In this document: one piece after another, positions 8,427 through 17,287 of the stretch
Position numbering within the stretch: position 1 is the first letter of the stretch
Layout: each line of letters starts with the position of its first letter
From: a virus
Virus record (IMG/VR): IMGVR_UViG_3300018082_000009
Span: 1,646-65,645 of that record
DNA: 64,000 bases
Strand: one strand, 5' to 3'
Notes under the pieces: model-generated
What the model was told of the DNA's origin: nothing
Seen by the model: the letters and a program-made list of their open reading frames with translations, nothing else
Databases searched by the model: none
Translations under genes and position numbers: made by a program

Positions 8427-10805
8427 ATGCTCGTCATCTGGTCCAAAGCTGCGCCTGCGAAAGTCTTGAAGAGCCTGTCCCCGGTCCTCCGGACAGTGCC
8501 CAATCTGAACGTGACGGTGTCCAACGGGTACGAGGTGCCGGAGGGCACCACCACCATCCTCGCACTCGGCTCAGATGCCCTGAAGCAACTCCAGACAGAG
8601 AAGATCGTCGCCAAGAACCGGACTATGACTTCCTTCCGCACGCTCCCCCAGATGCGCGGGGGCGTGCCGGTCCTTATCAGCTACAGCCCAGATATCGGAG
8701 AGATTGACCACGGCTATTACGTGGACCTCCTGACGGATGTCAGCCTCTCCATTCGCTATTGCCTCACCGGGAAGTGGCAACCCTCCTACGGCAAGTACCG
8801 CTACGTCCATGACTTCTCGGAGTTGTGTGCGGACATCCAGCAGCAATACCAAGACACTGAAGACCCGGTGGATGTGGCGATGGACTTGGAAACGCTGGGC
8901 CTTGACCCTTATGCAGAGCCATCACTGGTGCCTCCCTACCCCGGTGCCTACATTGTCAGTATGCAGGCGTCGTGTCGGTATGGCACGGCTGATGTGGTCC
9001 GGTTCGTAGACCGCATGCACGAGAGCCAGCGGCTGTCAGACTCAGCCTTCCGAGAGCAGATTGAATTCTTGCTCAACTGTCCCTATGTGCGGCTGAAGGG
9101 GGCCAATTTCAAGTACGACCTCCACTGGCTCTGGAGGCGTGGTGCATTCAAGTGCAGCACGTTCAGCTTCGACACCACCATTGTGGGCTCGTTGCTCGAT
9201 GAGAACCGGAGTAACGCCCTCGATGTCCACGTCAAGATTTACGCCCCGTCGTTGGGCGGCTACAGCGATACCTTCGACCGCACGGTGAAGAAGGATCGGA
9301 TGGACAAGGTACCACCGGACCAACTCCTGCCCTATGCTGGTGGCGACGTGGATGGGGATCTGCAAGTCGCCTCTGCCATGAAACAGGAACTGTTGCGTGA
9401 CCAGAAGCTCACCAGTTTCTACGTGAACATTCTTCATCCCGCTGCCCGCGCCTTTGAGTGGGTGGAGCAGGGTGGCATCCTCGTAGACAAGCAGGCGTAT
9501 GCGGAACTGAAAGCGGACTTGGAGGCGGAGCATATCCGTCTCGTGAAGGAAGCCAGTAAGATCATGGGTGGCCGCATCGTGGCGAAGCACGGGGATCCCC
9601 GGCGTCCCGGTGGCATGAACCTCACCAAGGCCAGCATGCTCTGTGACTTCATGTTTGGACCGATGGGTCTGAACCTGAAGCCCAAGATGTCCACGGAGAA
9701 GCCTGACAAGGATGGCATCCAACGGCCCAGCACCGCCATGCAGCATCTGGAGATGTTCGCAAACGTGCCGGAGGCCAAGGCATTCATCGACATCATCCGG
9801 CAGGACAGTGGCGTGATGAAGACCCTCAACACCTATGTGGTGGGGTTCCTTAGTCATCTCCGCTCCGATGGTCGTTACCACCCGAACTACTACCTCTACG
9901 TGGGCAATCAGGAGGAGGGTGAAGGAGGAGCCAAGACCGGTCGTCTGTCTTGCAAGGCTCCTGCATTCCAGACCGTCCCCAAACACACCTTTTGGGCTCA
10001 GCGCATCCGGCGTTGTTTCCCCGCTCCTCCCGGATATGTCGTCGTGGAGCGGGACTATAGTCAAGGTGAACTGCGTGTAATTGCCTGTATCGCGGATGAG
10101 ACAAACATGATCGCTGCCTACAAGGCCGGTCGTGATTTGCACATCGAGACAGCGGCACCGTTCGCTGGGTTCACCTACGAGAGTCTGGTGGCACTGGAGA
10201 AGACGGACTTACACACGTTCGAAGAAACCCGGCAGCTTGGCAAGGCGGGAAACTTCGGACTGGTCTTCGGGATGCGAGAAGACGGATTCGTGGTCTATGC
10301 CCGTGTCAACTATGGCGTGAACCTGTCGTGGGAAGACGCACACACGTTCCGAAACACGTTCTTCAAGAAGTATCCACGGTTGTTGGGGTATCACACGGCG
10401 TACAAGGACTTCGCTAAGCAGAACCGGTTCGTCAGGACACCGCTGGGGCGCATCCGGCATCTGCCGCTGATCAAGTCTCCCAACCAAGAGGTGGCGTCGA
10501 AGGCGGAGCGGCAGGCCATCAACAGCCCTGTGCAGGGGACGTTGACGGACATGGTTCTCTGGACCATCGGGCTGGAGCATAAGTCTGGACTCTCAGAGAT
10601 TGCTCCGTGCTTCGGTGCGTGTCACGATAGTATCCTCAACTATGTGCCGGAGGATCGAGTCGATGAGATTGTGACCAAGCAACTGGAGCAAATGGAGAAC
10701 CTGCCCTTCAATAAGGTCGAGTGGACTCCCCAGTTGAAGTTCGTAGCGGACGCCAAGTTTGGACAGAACTGGGGTGCGCTGCAGAAATTCCAGAGGTCGT
10801 CATGA
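8427..10805 (+). CDS. polA: family A DNA polymerase with 3'-5' exonuclease and N-terminal UDG-like remnant
   Basis: Exo motifs MDLETLG, NFKYDLHWL, YAGGD; Pol motifs KTGRLSC, DYSQGELRV, RQLGKAGNFGLVFG, CHDSI. Confidence 0.95.
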   Translation: MLVIWSKAAPAKVLKSLSPVLRTVPNLNVTVSNGYEVPEGTTTILALGSDALKQLQTEKIVAKNRTMTSFRTLPQMRGGVPVLISYSPDIGEIDHGYYVDLLTDVSLSIRYCLTGKWQPSYGKYRYVHDFSELCADIQQQYQDTEDPVDVAMDLETLGLDPYAEPSLVPPYPGAYIVSMQASCRYGTADVVRFVDRMHESQRLSDSAFREQIEFLLNCPYVRLKGANFKYDLHWLWRRGAFKCSTFSFDTTIVGSLLDENRSNALDVHVKIYAPSLGGYSDTFDRTVKKDRMDKVPPDQLLPYAGGDVDGDLQVASAMKQELLRDQKLTSFYVNILHPAARAFEWVEQGGILVDKQAYAELKADLEAEHIRLVKEASKIMGGRIVAKHGDPRRPGGMNLTKASMLCDFMFGPMGLNLKPKMSTEKPDKDGIQRPSTAMQHLEMFANVPEAKAFIDIIRQDSGVMKTLNTYVVGFLSHLRSDGRYHPNYYLYVGNQEEGEGGAKTGRLSCKAPAFQTVPKHTFWAQRIRRCFPAPPGYVVVERDYSQGELRVIACIADETNMIAAYKAGRDLHIETAAPFAGFTYESLVALEKTDLHTFEETRQLGKAGNFGLVFGMREDGFVVYARVNYGVNLSWEDAHTFRNTFFKKYPRLLGYHTAYKDFAKQNRFVRTPLGRIRHLPLIKSPNQEVASKAERQAINSPVQGTLTDMVLWTIGLEHKSGLSEIAPCFGACHDSILNYVPEDRVDEIVTKQLEQMENLPFNKVEWTPQLKFVADAKFGQNWGALQKFQRSS

Positions 10806-11095
10806 CTACTACTCCATGGTGGGCGGGTGGCAGCAAGATAGAACACCAGCATCAGTGCCCGGTCTGCGGGTATGTGATGGACTCGGTCTGCACAGCTTAC
10901 GTGGACGGTATGGGAGAGGCGTCACAGCCCAAGGCCGGAGACTTGTCCATCTGCGTGGGGTGCTGGTCCATCGGGATGTTCGAAGAGGGAGGCACGTTGC
11001 GGGTGGCTACGTCCGAGGAATGCGAGCAGGTTCCTGACTGGGTGCGAGCCCGGATTGCGTTGCGGGAGTCGGAGACGATGGATCGTCCGTCTTGA
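10802..11095 (+). CDS. small zinc-finger protein
   Basis: CPVCG and ICVGC motifs; ATGA overlap with the polymerase stop. Confidence 0.7.
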   Translation: MTTTPWWAGGSKIEHQHQCPVCGYVMDSVCTAYVDGMGEASQPKAGDLSICVGCWSIGMFEEGGTLRVATSEECEQVPDWVRARIALRESETMDRPS

Positions 11096-11121
11096 CAAAC
11101 GAAACTCCCGTGTGCTAAGCT
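11092..11121 (+). promoter_or_regulatory. sigma70-type promoter P6
   Basis: TTGACA-18nt-TAAGCT with TG extension. Confidence 0.75.
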
Positions 11122-11160
11122 AGAGCCTCACAGTCAATGGAGTGATCAGGAGCACCACAC

Positions 11161-13152
11161 ATGCAGTTACCAGTAGGATTTACGCCCGCAACGTTGGATC
11201 GGGTAACGGAGTTTTTTGCCGATGAAAAGCTCGGAGAGTTGCTCTTTGCCCACATGGGGGATCCCGAGGCCAAGACGAAGATCGTGGACTTGGAGTCGCG
11301 GAAGCTGATTCAGTTCGCGTTTGCCCCCAACGGTGAACCGGCGTTGTTCATTGCTTCCAAGGAGCGATACGCCACGGTCGAGGAGCACGCCTTTGCTGAG
11401 AAGCTGGTGTCGTTCTGGGACCGTGGGGGGAAGTTCGATTCCCGTGACGGACGCATCATCACGAACGATGACATTCCGCCGCACGTCTACCGCATCTCGA
11501 CGCCGGAGGGCGAGGTGGCCGTGGTGGAGTCGGTGGCGTCGAAGCTCCTGAAGCTGGGACTGATTCACGAGCACGATGGCAAGTTGTATGGACCCTCCAA
11601 GTTGCTCGTGGAGCAGTGGATCCATGAGAACGGCGTCTGTGACTTCTGCTCAGAAGAGCACCCGAAGCATGCGGTGATGATCCCGGAGTTTTCTCTCGGT
11701 GATGGTATCACCCAGAGTGTCGGCGGGTGGGCGGCATGCGATACGTGCCACACGATGATCGTGGAGAGCCGGAAGACAGACCTCCTTCGGCGGGCCATCG
11801 AGGCCAGCAGCGGTGGACGGTTCACGGCAGCGGCCCTACAGGGCCTCCACAAGCGGTTCTGGAATGCCTATGAGGCGAAGATCGATGCCGCAGGCATCGG
11901 GGCGGGCTTGTTGGATTTCGTGGAAGACCGCATCAACCCGGAGAGGGAGTTCATCAATCCCAAGCTGAAGGACCGTGACCGTCGCGTGGAGGCGATTCGT
12001 CGCCTGACCGGCCTGACCACCGGGGAGTTCGCGGCACTGGAGCGTGGAGACGTGCTTCAGAACGACGTGGTCAACAAGCTCGTGGCATGGCGGAAGAAGT
12101 TTGGCATCAACGATATTGGAGAGCGGAAGGTGGCCGAGATGCTAAACAGCTTCGACCGTCCTCTCCCACCCAGTAATGTGCCTCACTGGCAGGTTGCGCT
12201 GGACCAGAAGTTCGCTGCCATCAACAAGCTGAAGTACATTGAGCACGCACCGGGGATGAAGAACAACCCCATCTTCTCTGATTTGATGGGTGACTTGTCG
12301 GCGCTCCGGGCGGCAGACGCCTACTCCTTCAGTGCCGAGACGATGCACGCCATCCTGATGGGGGCACAGACCATCCCGCATGAGTCCACGCTGGACTCCG
12401 TGGAACTACCATCCACGATGGCTGGGTGGTACTGGTTTGCAGAGCCCTTTCCGGTCACTGCAGCCCCGCTGACTTCCGATACCACCGCTGCCCTGCTCTG
12501 GTCATGGGATCGCCACAGGAAGACGCCCACGCTGTGCTTCTCGGCCTACGTGGTGGAGGAGCGGGATCCGGAGCGGAAGGGGGAAATCAATCCCTCCGCG
12601 AAGTGGATCTGGCCGCTGGAGATGTCCTTCCACGAGATGATCGCCCTGAACACCCAGCTATACCGGAATGCCTACGGACCCGGTGGTCCCTACGCGAATC
12701 AGGAGCCGGAGTTCTTGATCGGGGAGGAAGGCACCATCAAGGTTGTCTCGGAGATGAGCCTGTTCTTCCTGATGTCCTGCGTGTGGTTCCGGCAGACGGT
12801 CCCCGGCAGCAAGCGGAAGATCGAACCCAAGCTCACCCAGACCCCCGGTCACATCGAACGGCACGCCCGCAAGCGGTATCAGCGGGAGCAGAAGCTGAAG
12901 GAGGTTCCGACCGTCCGGGTCATTGCGCTCCGCAAGAGTGCTGTGACAGAGTATGTGGAGCCGCACACCTCGCTGGAGACTTCGGTGCGTCACCTGAAGG
13001 TCCGCTTCGTGGTCAGTGGGCACCCGAGGCTGCAGCCGTGTGGTCCCGGCCGGAAGGACAAGAAGCTGATCTGGATTGACCCGTACCCCAAGGGTCCGGA
13101 GGATGCGCCGTTCAAGGGTCCGGACGACAAGGTGTTTGCGGTGGTGCGGTGA
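11161..13152 (+). CDS. multidomain hypothetical protein with CDFC/CDTC zinc finger and C-terminal VSGHPR..GPG..IWI.P..KGP domain
   Basis: 663-aa ORF; the C-terminal VxGHxR motif recurs in uncharacterised phage proteins. Confidence 0.8.
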   Translation: MQLPVGFTPATLDRVTEFFADEKLGELLFAHMGDPEAKTKIVDLESRKLIQFAFAPNGEPALFIASKERYATVEEHAFAEKLVSFWDRGGKFDSRDGRIITNDDIPPHVYRISTPEGEVAVVESVASKLLKLGLIHEHDGKLYGPSKLLVEQWIHENGVCDFCSEEHPKHAVMIPEFSLGDGITQSVGGWAACDTCHTMIVESRKTDLLRRAIEASSGGRFTAAALQGLHKRFWNAYEAKIDAAGIGAGLLDFVEDRINPEREFINPKLKDRDRRVEAIRRLTGLTTGEFAALERGDVLQNDVVNKLVAWRKKFGINDIGERKVAEMLNSFDRPLPPSNVPHWQVALDQKFAAINKLKYIEHAPGMKNNPIFSDLMGDLSALRAADAYSFSAETMHAILMGAQTIPHESTLDSVELPSTMAGWYWFAEPFPVTAAPLTSDTTAALLWSWDRHRKTPTLCFSAYVVEERDPERKGEINPSAKWIWPLEMSFHEMIALNTQLYRNAYGPGGPYANQEPEFLIGEEGTIKVVSEMSLFFLMSCVWFRQTVPGSKRKIEPKLTQTPGHIERHARKRYQREQKLKEVPTVRVIALRKSAVTEYVEPHTSLETSVRHLKVRFVVSGHPRLQPCGPGRKDKKLIWIDPYPKGPEDAPFKGPDDKVFAVVR

Positions 13153-13487
13153 TGGGCACTGTCAGAGTGGACCATTGCCCGGACTGTGGTCAGATGGTGG
13201 GTGACCTGTATTTCCACCAACAGAAGCAGTGTTCAAAAAGAATCATGGAAGACAAACGCCTGTATCCACGGGCGTCTCCCCTGAGTCGGGCCTTGCGGGA
13301 GATTGCCAAAGGCAAGAAGCTCTCGTCTCTGCAAGTGCCCATCGTGGAAGACGCGGCCAGCCACATCGAGGAGTTGGAAGACCGGTTGCGTGACTTCTCC
13401 AACGTGGTGGAAGAGGTGATGCCTGACGTGTTTCCAGACCAGCAGGCCAAGTTGCGAGAGGCGATTGCCTCTGCTCGGAAGTGGTAG
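13149..13487 (+). CDS. hypothetical protein with N-terminal CPDC..H...C knuckle
   Basis: GTGA overlap with the upstream gene. Confidence 0.65.
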   Translation: MMGTVRVDHCPDCGQMVGDLYFHQQKQCSKRIMEDKRLYPRASPLSRALREIAKGKKLSSLQVPIVEDAASHIEELEDRLRDFSNVVEEVMPDVFPDQQAKLREAIASARKW

Positions 13488-13519
13488 TCCATCACAAGTG
13501 CAATTAATTGCAGGACGGT

Positions 13520-13690
13520 ATGTGGAAGATCCGAAGTACTACCAAGCTCGATAACCACAAGAAGCCCAAGTACTGGTCGCGTGAAGTAGGGTGGACGTGG
13601 AAGGACACCTCAGATAGTTATACCACCGAGGAAAAGGAGGCGATGTACACGCCAGTCGGGGGTGTGTGGGAAGAGCAACAGAACGAGTAA
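13520..13690 (+). CDS. small Trp-rich hypothetical protein
   Basis: ATG 13520 after AGGA. Confidence 0.55.
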   Translation: MWKIRSTTKLDNHKKPKYWSREVGWTWKDTSDSYTTEEKEAMYTPVGGVWEEQQNE

Positions 13691-13718
13691 CGCACGATTC
13701 TTCTGAAGGGAAAAGCTC

Positions 13719-14432
13719 ATGTTTGACATGTCTCGTTGTCCGCAGAATGAGGAAGAAGCTAAGGCGTGGTTCTTCGCTGGCATAGGCCAGCAGATCGGCG
13801 CACCGGCCACCAATTGGGAAGCCATCATGACCAACTGTGGTCTGCCTCCCGGCTATGGTCCCGGTATCAAACCCACCGCCGCGATGCCGTACTTCGCGTT
13901 CACCCAACAGTTCTCCGGTGGCCCGAAGGGCCGCATCTTCCTCCCCTCCAACCAGCCTGATGAACTGGGCTACTACACGAGGTGCATTCAGTACCTCGAT
14001 GACGCCGCGCAGACGTATTCGACGCAGGCGGCAGCGGCCAAGAAGCAGGGCAAGAAGGTCGAACTGCCTGACTTCACGAAGCTCGCTTCCCAGAAGAGCG
14101 CAGGCGGCGGGCTGGTGTGGTCGTGGTACTGGGTGGCCGGGAACGAGTACTCCCCGGTGCAGGGGGCTGACGGTGCGCCCGGAACGGGAACCGGTGGCGG
14201 CGGTGGCGTCTCCGGCCTGAGCGAGCAGCAGGTACAGGCGATGATCGACAAGTCGCTGGAGGGCTACGTCAAGGTCACGGATACCGTGGCCATGAAGATG
14301 GCGAGCGGCCTGTACGTGTCGTTCGTGGGTGGCGGTCCCACCAAGGACGGGGATGCCATCGACTTGGTCGGCAAGAAGGAAGTTCACGACTGGGAGTCGG
14401 TCAAGCTGGAGAAGGGCGAGCGGGAAGGCTAA
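13719..14432 (+). CDS. protein carrying the same novel ~100-aa domain as two tail proteins, plus a C-terminal fascin/beta-trefoil-like repeat
   Basis: WFF..IGQQIGAPA..SGG.KGRIFLP aligns to tail domains at 51580 and 54471; C-terminus VAMKMASGLYVSFVGGG..WESVKL. Confidence 0.75.
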   Translation: MFDMSRCPQNEEEAKAWFFAGIGQQIGAPATNWEAIMTNCGLPPGYGPGIKPTAAMPYFAFTQQFSGGPKGRIFLPSNQPDELGYYTRCIQYLDDAAQTYSTQAAAAKKQGKKVELPDFTKLASQKSAGGGLVWSWYWVAGNEYSPVQGADGAPGTGTGGGGGVSGLSEQQVQAMIDKSLEGYVKVTDTVAMKMASGLYVSFVGGGPTKDGDAIDLVGKKEVHDWESVKLEKGEREG

Positions 14433-14624
14433 GCACTCGTCGTCCAGACGTTGGTGCGTCCGCACAAGTCCGATCTAGCCCTTGACTGGATAGCGACTGG
14501 GTATACACGGTCGCGGTGAAGGTTTCCAAGGGGGTGGCAGACGATACCCGGACAAGATCGCCAGCTTGTTTCCTTTTGCCCTGTCAGTGAGCAGGTTAAC
14601 GGCTTCCACGTTGGGCGGCATACA

Positions 14625-14695
14625 AGGTTGGGGGTGGCTTGGGGCATTTCGCAGATGCCCCAGTCCAATACCGGATGAAGGGCCATCCCCAACTT
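14625..14695 (+). ncRNA. candidate structured RNA (three-way junction) upstream of the HNH gene
   Basis: 14627-14638 pairs with 14682-14693; hairpins 14640-14662 and 14663-14676; GAAG linker; lies in a 280-bp non-coding gap. Confidence 0.35.
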
Positions 14696-14711
14696 ACGTT
14701 ACGATGACCCT

Positions 14712-15035
14712 ATGGTTGCTCGTCTTCAGTTCGAAACCCCAGAGCGTATCGCCCAACGGTTCTGGAAGCGGGTCAACAAAGAGGGTCCAGTCCATCCGAT
14801 ACTGGGCACTCGGTGTTGGTTGTGGACGGGAGCCAAGGCCACGCAGTGTCGAGGGCAGGCGGGACGCTACGGCACGTTGAAGGTGCTCGGTATCTCTACG
14901 CGAGCCCACCGCTACGCATGGACCCTCTTCTTCGGAGAAATTCCTGAAGGCAAGTGCATTCTGCAAGTGTGCAAGGTCAATGAGTGTGTGAACCCGGCGC
15001 ACCTGTTTATCGGCACCCGCACACCCAACGGTTGA
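14712..15035 (+). CDS. HNH_3-type homing endonuclease, probably inactive
   Basis: RFWKRV..CWLWTG..YG..AHRYAW...CVNPAHL; the usual LH-x-C His is Gln (ILQVC). Confidence 0.75.
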   Translation: MVARLQFETPERIAQRFWKRVNKEGPVHPILGTRCWLWTGAKATQCRGQAGRYGTLKVLGISTRAHRYAWTLFFGEIPEGKCILQVCKVNECVNPAHLFIGTRTPNG

Positions 15036-15061
15036 CAAATCCTTCACGTTGGTGCTACACT
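15032..15061 (+). promoter_or_regulatory. sigma70-type promoter P7
   Basis: TTGACA-18nt-TACACT with TG extension; followed by TTCAAGGAGTGA. Confidence 0.8.
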
Positions 15062-15086
15062 GGTTTTCTGTTCAAGGAGTGAGCCG

Positions 15087-15323
15087 ATGACGAAACCAGC
15101 GATGCGGATGCAAGTGGCCCTAACGACACCCGAGGGTTCGTTCCTGCAGGCCGAGGTGGTGGGAGAATTTGAAGCCTTCCAGACCTTCCAAAAGGCCGGT
15201 GGTTACTGGGAACGCTTCGCCAATGCGAAGTATAGCGCAGGGAAGCCCTGTGGCGGAGTTGTAATACAGCGGGCAGATTTGCCAAGGGTGTGGGATGTGC
15301 CGGTTGGGGGCCGGATTCGCTAA
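15087..15323 (+). CDS. hypothetical protein
   Basis: Promoter P7 and strong RBS directly upstream. Confidence 0.7.
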   Translation: MTKPAMRMQVALTTPEGSFLQAEVVGEFEAFQTFQKAGGYWERFANAKYSAGKPCGGVVIQRADLPRVWDVPVGGRIR

Positions 15324-15427
15324 AAATTTGGTGCCCAGCACCGTAAAATCTCCGTTGCAATTGAGTGCAGAAGTCCGTAGACTGTCAGCATCCGGAATCC
15401 AAGCAGACGATTTGCTAAGGGGTTGGC

Positions 15428-17287
15428 ATGCTGAAGTTGACGGAAGGCACCCAGAAAACGGAGCGGCCGGAGCCTAAGATCACGTTCATTCAGAAGGTCA
15501 TCAAGAATGAAACGTGGATGGTCATGGCGCAGTCGGCGGTGGAACTGGAGGATGAATTCTCCAGCCTCTATTACACCGCAGGCCAACAGAACAACCTCTT
15601 CCTCCAGCCCCCCTTCGAACCCAATGTCCTATTGAGTCTCGTCCAGACGAACAACGTCCTGAACCAGTGCATCGAAGCGATGGAAGTGAACATCGACAGC
15701 ACAGGTCACGAGTTCGTTCCGACCGAGGAGGGCAAGGATATCGACAAGTCCGAGGAGAAGATTGCCCAGTCCTTCTTCGATGAGCCCTACCCCAACACCT
15801 CCATGACAGAAATCCGGCGCAAGCTCCGCCGCCAGATGGAATCCATCGGCTATGGGTTCATCGAGGTGCTGCGGAATGTGGCCGGGGATGTCGTGGGTAT
15901 GCGGAGCGTAGAGACAGCCCACATCCGGATGGTGAAGCTGGACAAGCCCATTCAGGTGAAGAAGAAGGTCGAGCGGGATGGGAAGGAAGTGGAGTTGACG
16001 CTCTGGGAGCGTGAACGGCGCTTCGCTCAGACCGTGGCCCTGAACCAGTTGGTGTATTACCGTGAATTTGGCACAACCCGAGAGGTCCACCGGGACACCG
16101 GGGAGTGGGAGACGGAGGAGAAGAAAGTCCCGCCTGAGAAGCGGGGGTCGGAGTTGCTGCTGTTTGGTATCAACCCCGATATCACCACACCGTATTATCT
16201 CCCCCGTTGGATCAACCAACTGCCATCGGTTATAGGCTCCAGAGCCGCAGAGGAACAGAACCTGCAGTTCTTGGATGCCGGAGGTCTACCGCCCGCTATT
16301 GTCTTCATTCAGGGAGGCACGCTGATCAAGGACACATCCGACCAGCTACGGATGTACCTATCAGGTCTGAACAAGAACAAGAACCGGGCGGTAGTCGTTG
16401 AGGTCCAGTCCTCCAGTGGTTCGCTGGATGCGGCTGGCAAAGTGGATGTGAAGGTCGAACGCTTCGGCTCTGCTCAGAGTCAGGATGCGATGTTCACGAC
16501 CTACGATGAGACGACCAAGGAGCACATCCGCATCGGCTTCCGTCTCCCCCCGCTCTTTCTTGGCTATGCAGCGGACTACAACTTCGCTACGGCCCAGACC
16601 AGCTACATGGTGGCCGAGGCACAGGTCTTCCTCCCCGAGCGCACGGAATTCGATGAGGTGATGAACAAGACCATCATCAAGGAACTGAAGCTCAAGACGC
16701 TCCTGTACAACTCCAAGCCCATCACCCTGAAGGATGTCGCCACGCAGTTGCAGGGGTTGGAATTGGCCATGACCGTCGCCACGCGTGAATCCTTCCTGAA
16801 GGAGATGAATACCATCACCACGATGAATTTGGAGATGGCGGAAGTCCCGGCACAGGGTGCGGGCGACATGCATGAACCGCTGAAGAACACGCCAACCGCT
16901 GATGAGACGCCGTCTGGAGAACTACCCGCTGCGATGGAGTCGGTGCAACCCGCACTCAAGCCTGCTCCTCCGGAGAAGAAGGACGGACCCAAGGAAGTCG
17001 GGGCTATGGAAGAAGCCAAGGCTATGGCACGGGAGAAGGCCAAGGCCAAGTATCGCAAGGCGGCAGGCGATCTGATGTCTTTGGTGCAGGAGTACGCCAT
17101 CTATCAGGGCCTCCTCCCACAACTCGCACAGAAGCAGGAACTGACGGCGGAGCGAGCCGCAGAAATCAACCGTGACATCGAGACACTGACACCCGAGGAT
17201 GCCCGCGCCTTCAACAGTCTGTTGGCGATGTATGTCTTCGGGTCTGATGACGCAGACTTGTCGTCGCTGGTTGCGGCCACGAGATGA
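15428..17287 (+). CDS. portal protein, PBSX (XkdE-like) family
   Basis: L.PP....L..LV..N..L.QCI, GYGFIEV.R, YYLPRW, I..GFRLPPLFLG...DYNFATA; located at the start of the head module. Confidence 0.9.
   Translation: MLKLTEGTQKTERPEPKITFIQKVIKNETWMVMAQSAVELEDEFSSLYYTAGQQNNLFLQPPFEPNVLLSLVQTNNVLNQCIEAMEVNIDSTGHEFVPTEEGKDIDKSEEKIAQSFFDEPYPNTSMTEIRRKLRRQMESIGYGFIEVLRNVAGDVVGMRSVETAHIRMVKLDKPIQVKKKVERDGKEVELTLWERERRFAQTVALNQLVYYREFGTTREVHRDTGEWETEEKKVPPEKRGSELLLFGINPDITTPYYLPRWINQLPSVIGSRAAEEQNLQFLDAGGLPPAIVFIQGGTLIKDTSDQLRMYLSGLNKNKNRAVVVEVQSSSGSLDAAGKVDVKVERFGSAQSQDAMFTTYDETTKEHIRIGFRLPPLFLGYAADYNFATAQTSYMVAEAQVFLPERTEFDEVMNKTIIKELKLKTLLYNSKPITLKDVATQLQGLELAMTVATRESFLKEMNTITTMNLEMAEVPAQGAGDMHEPLKNTPTADETPSGELPAAMESVQPALKPAPPEKKDGPKEVGAMEEAKAMAREKAKAKYRKAAGDLMSLVQEYAIYQGLLPQLAQKQELTAERAAEINRDIETLTPEDARAFNSLLAMYVFGSDDADLSSLVAATR

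Noticed and set aside
14433-15035. Group I intron or tRNA around the HNH gene
   Set aside because: No interrupted host gene, no recognisable P/Q/R/S elements and no cloverleaf; kept only as a generic structured-RNA candidate.
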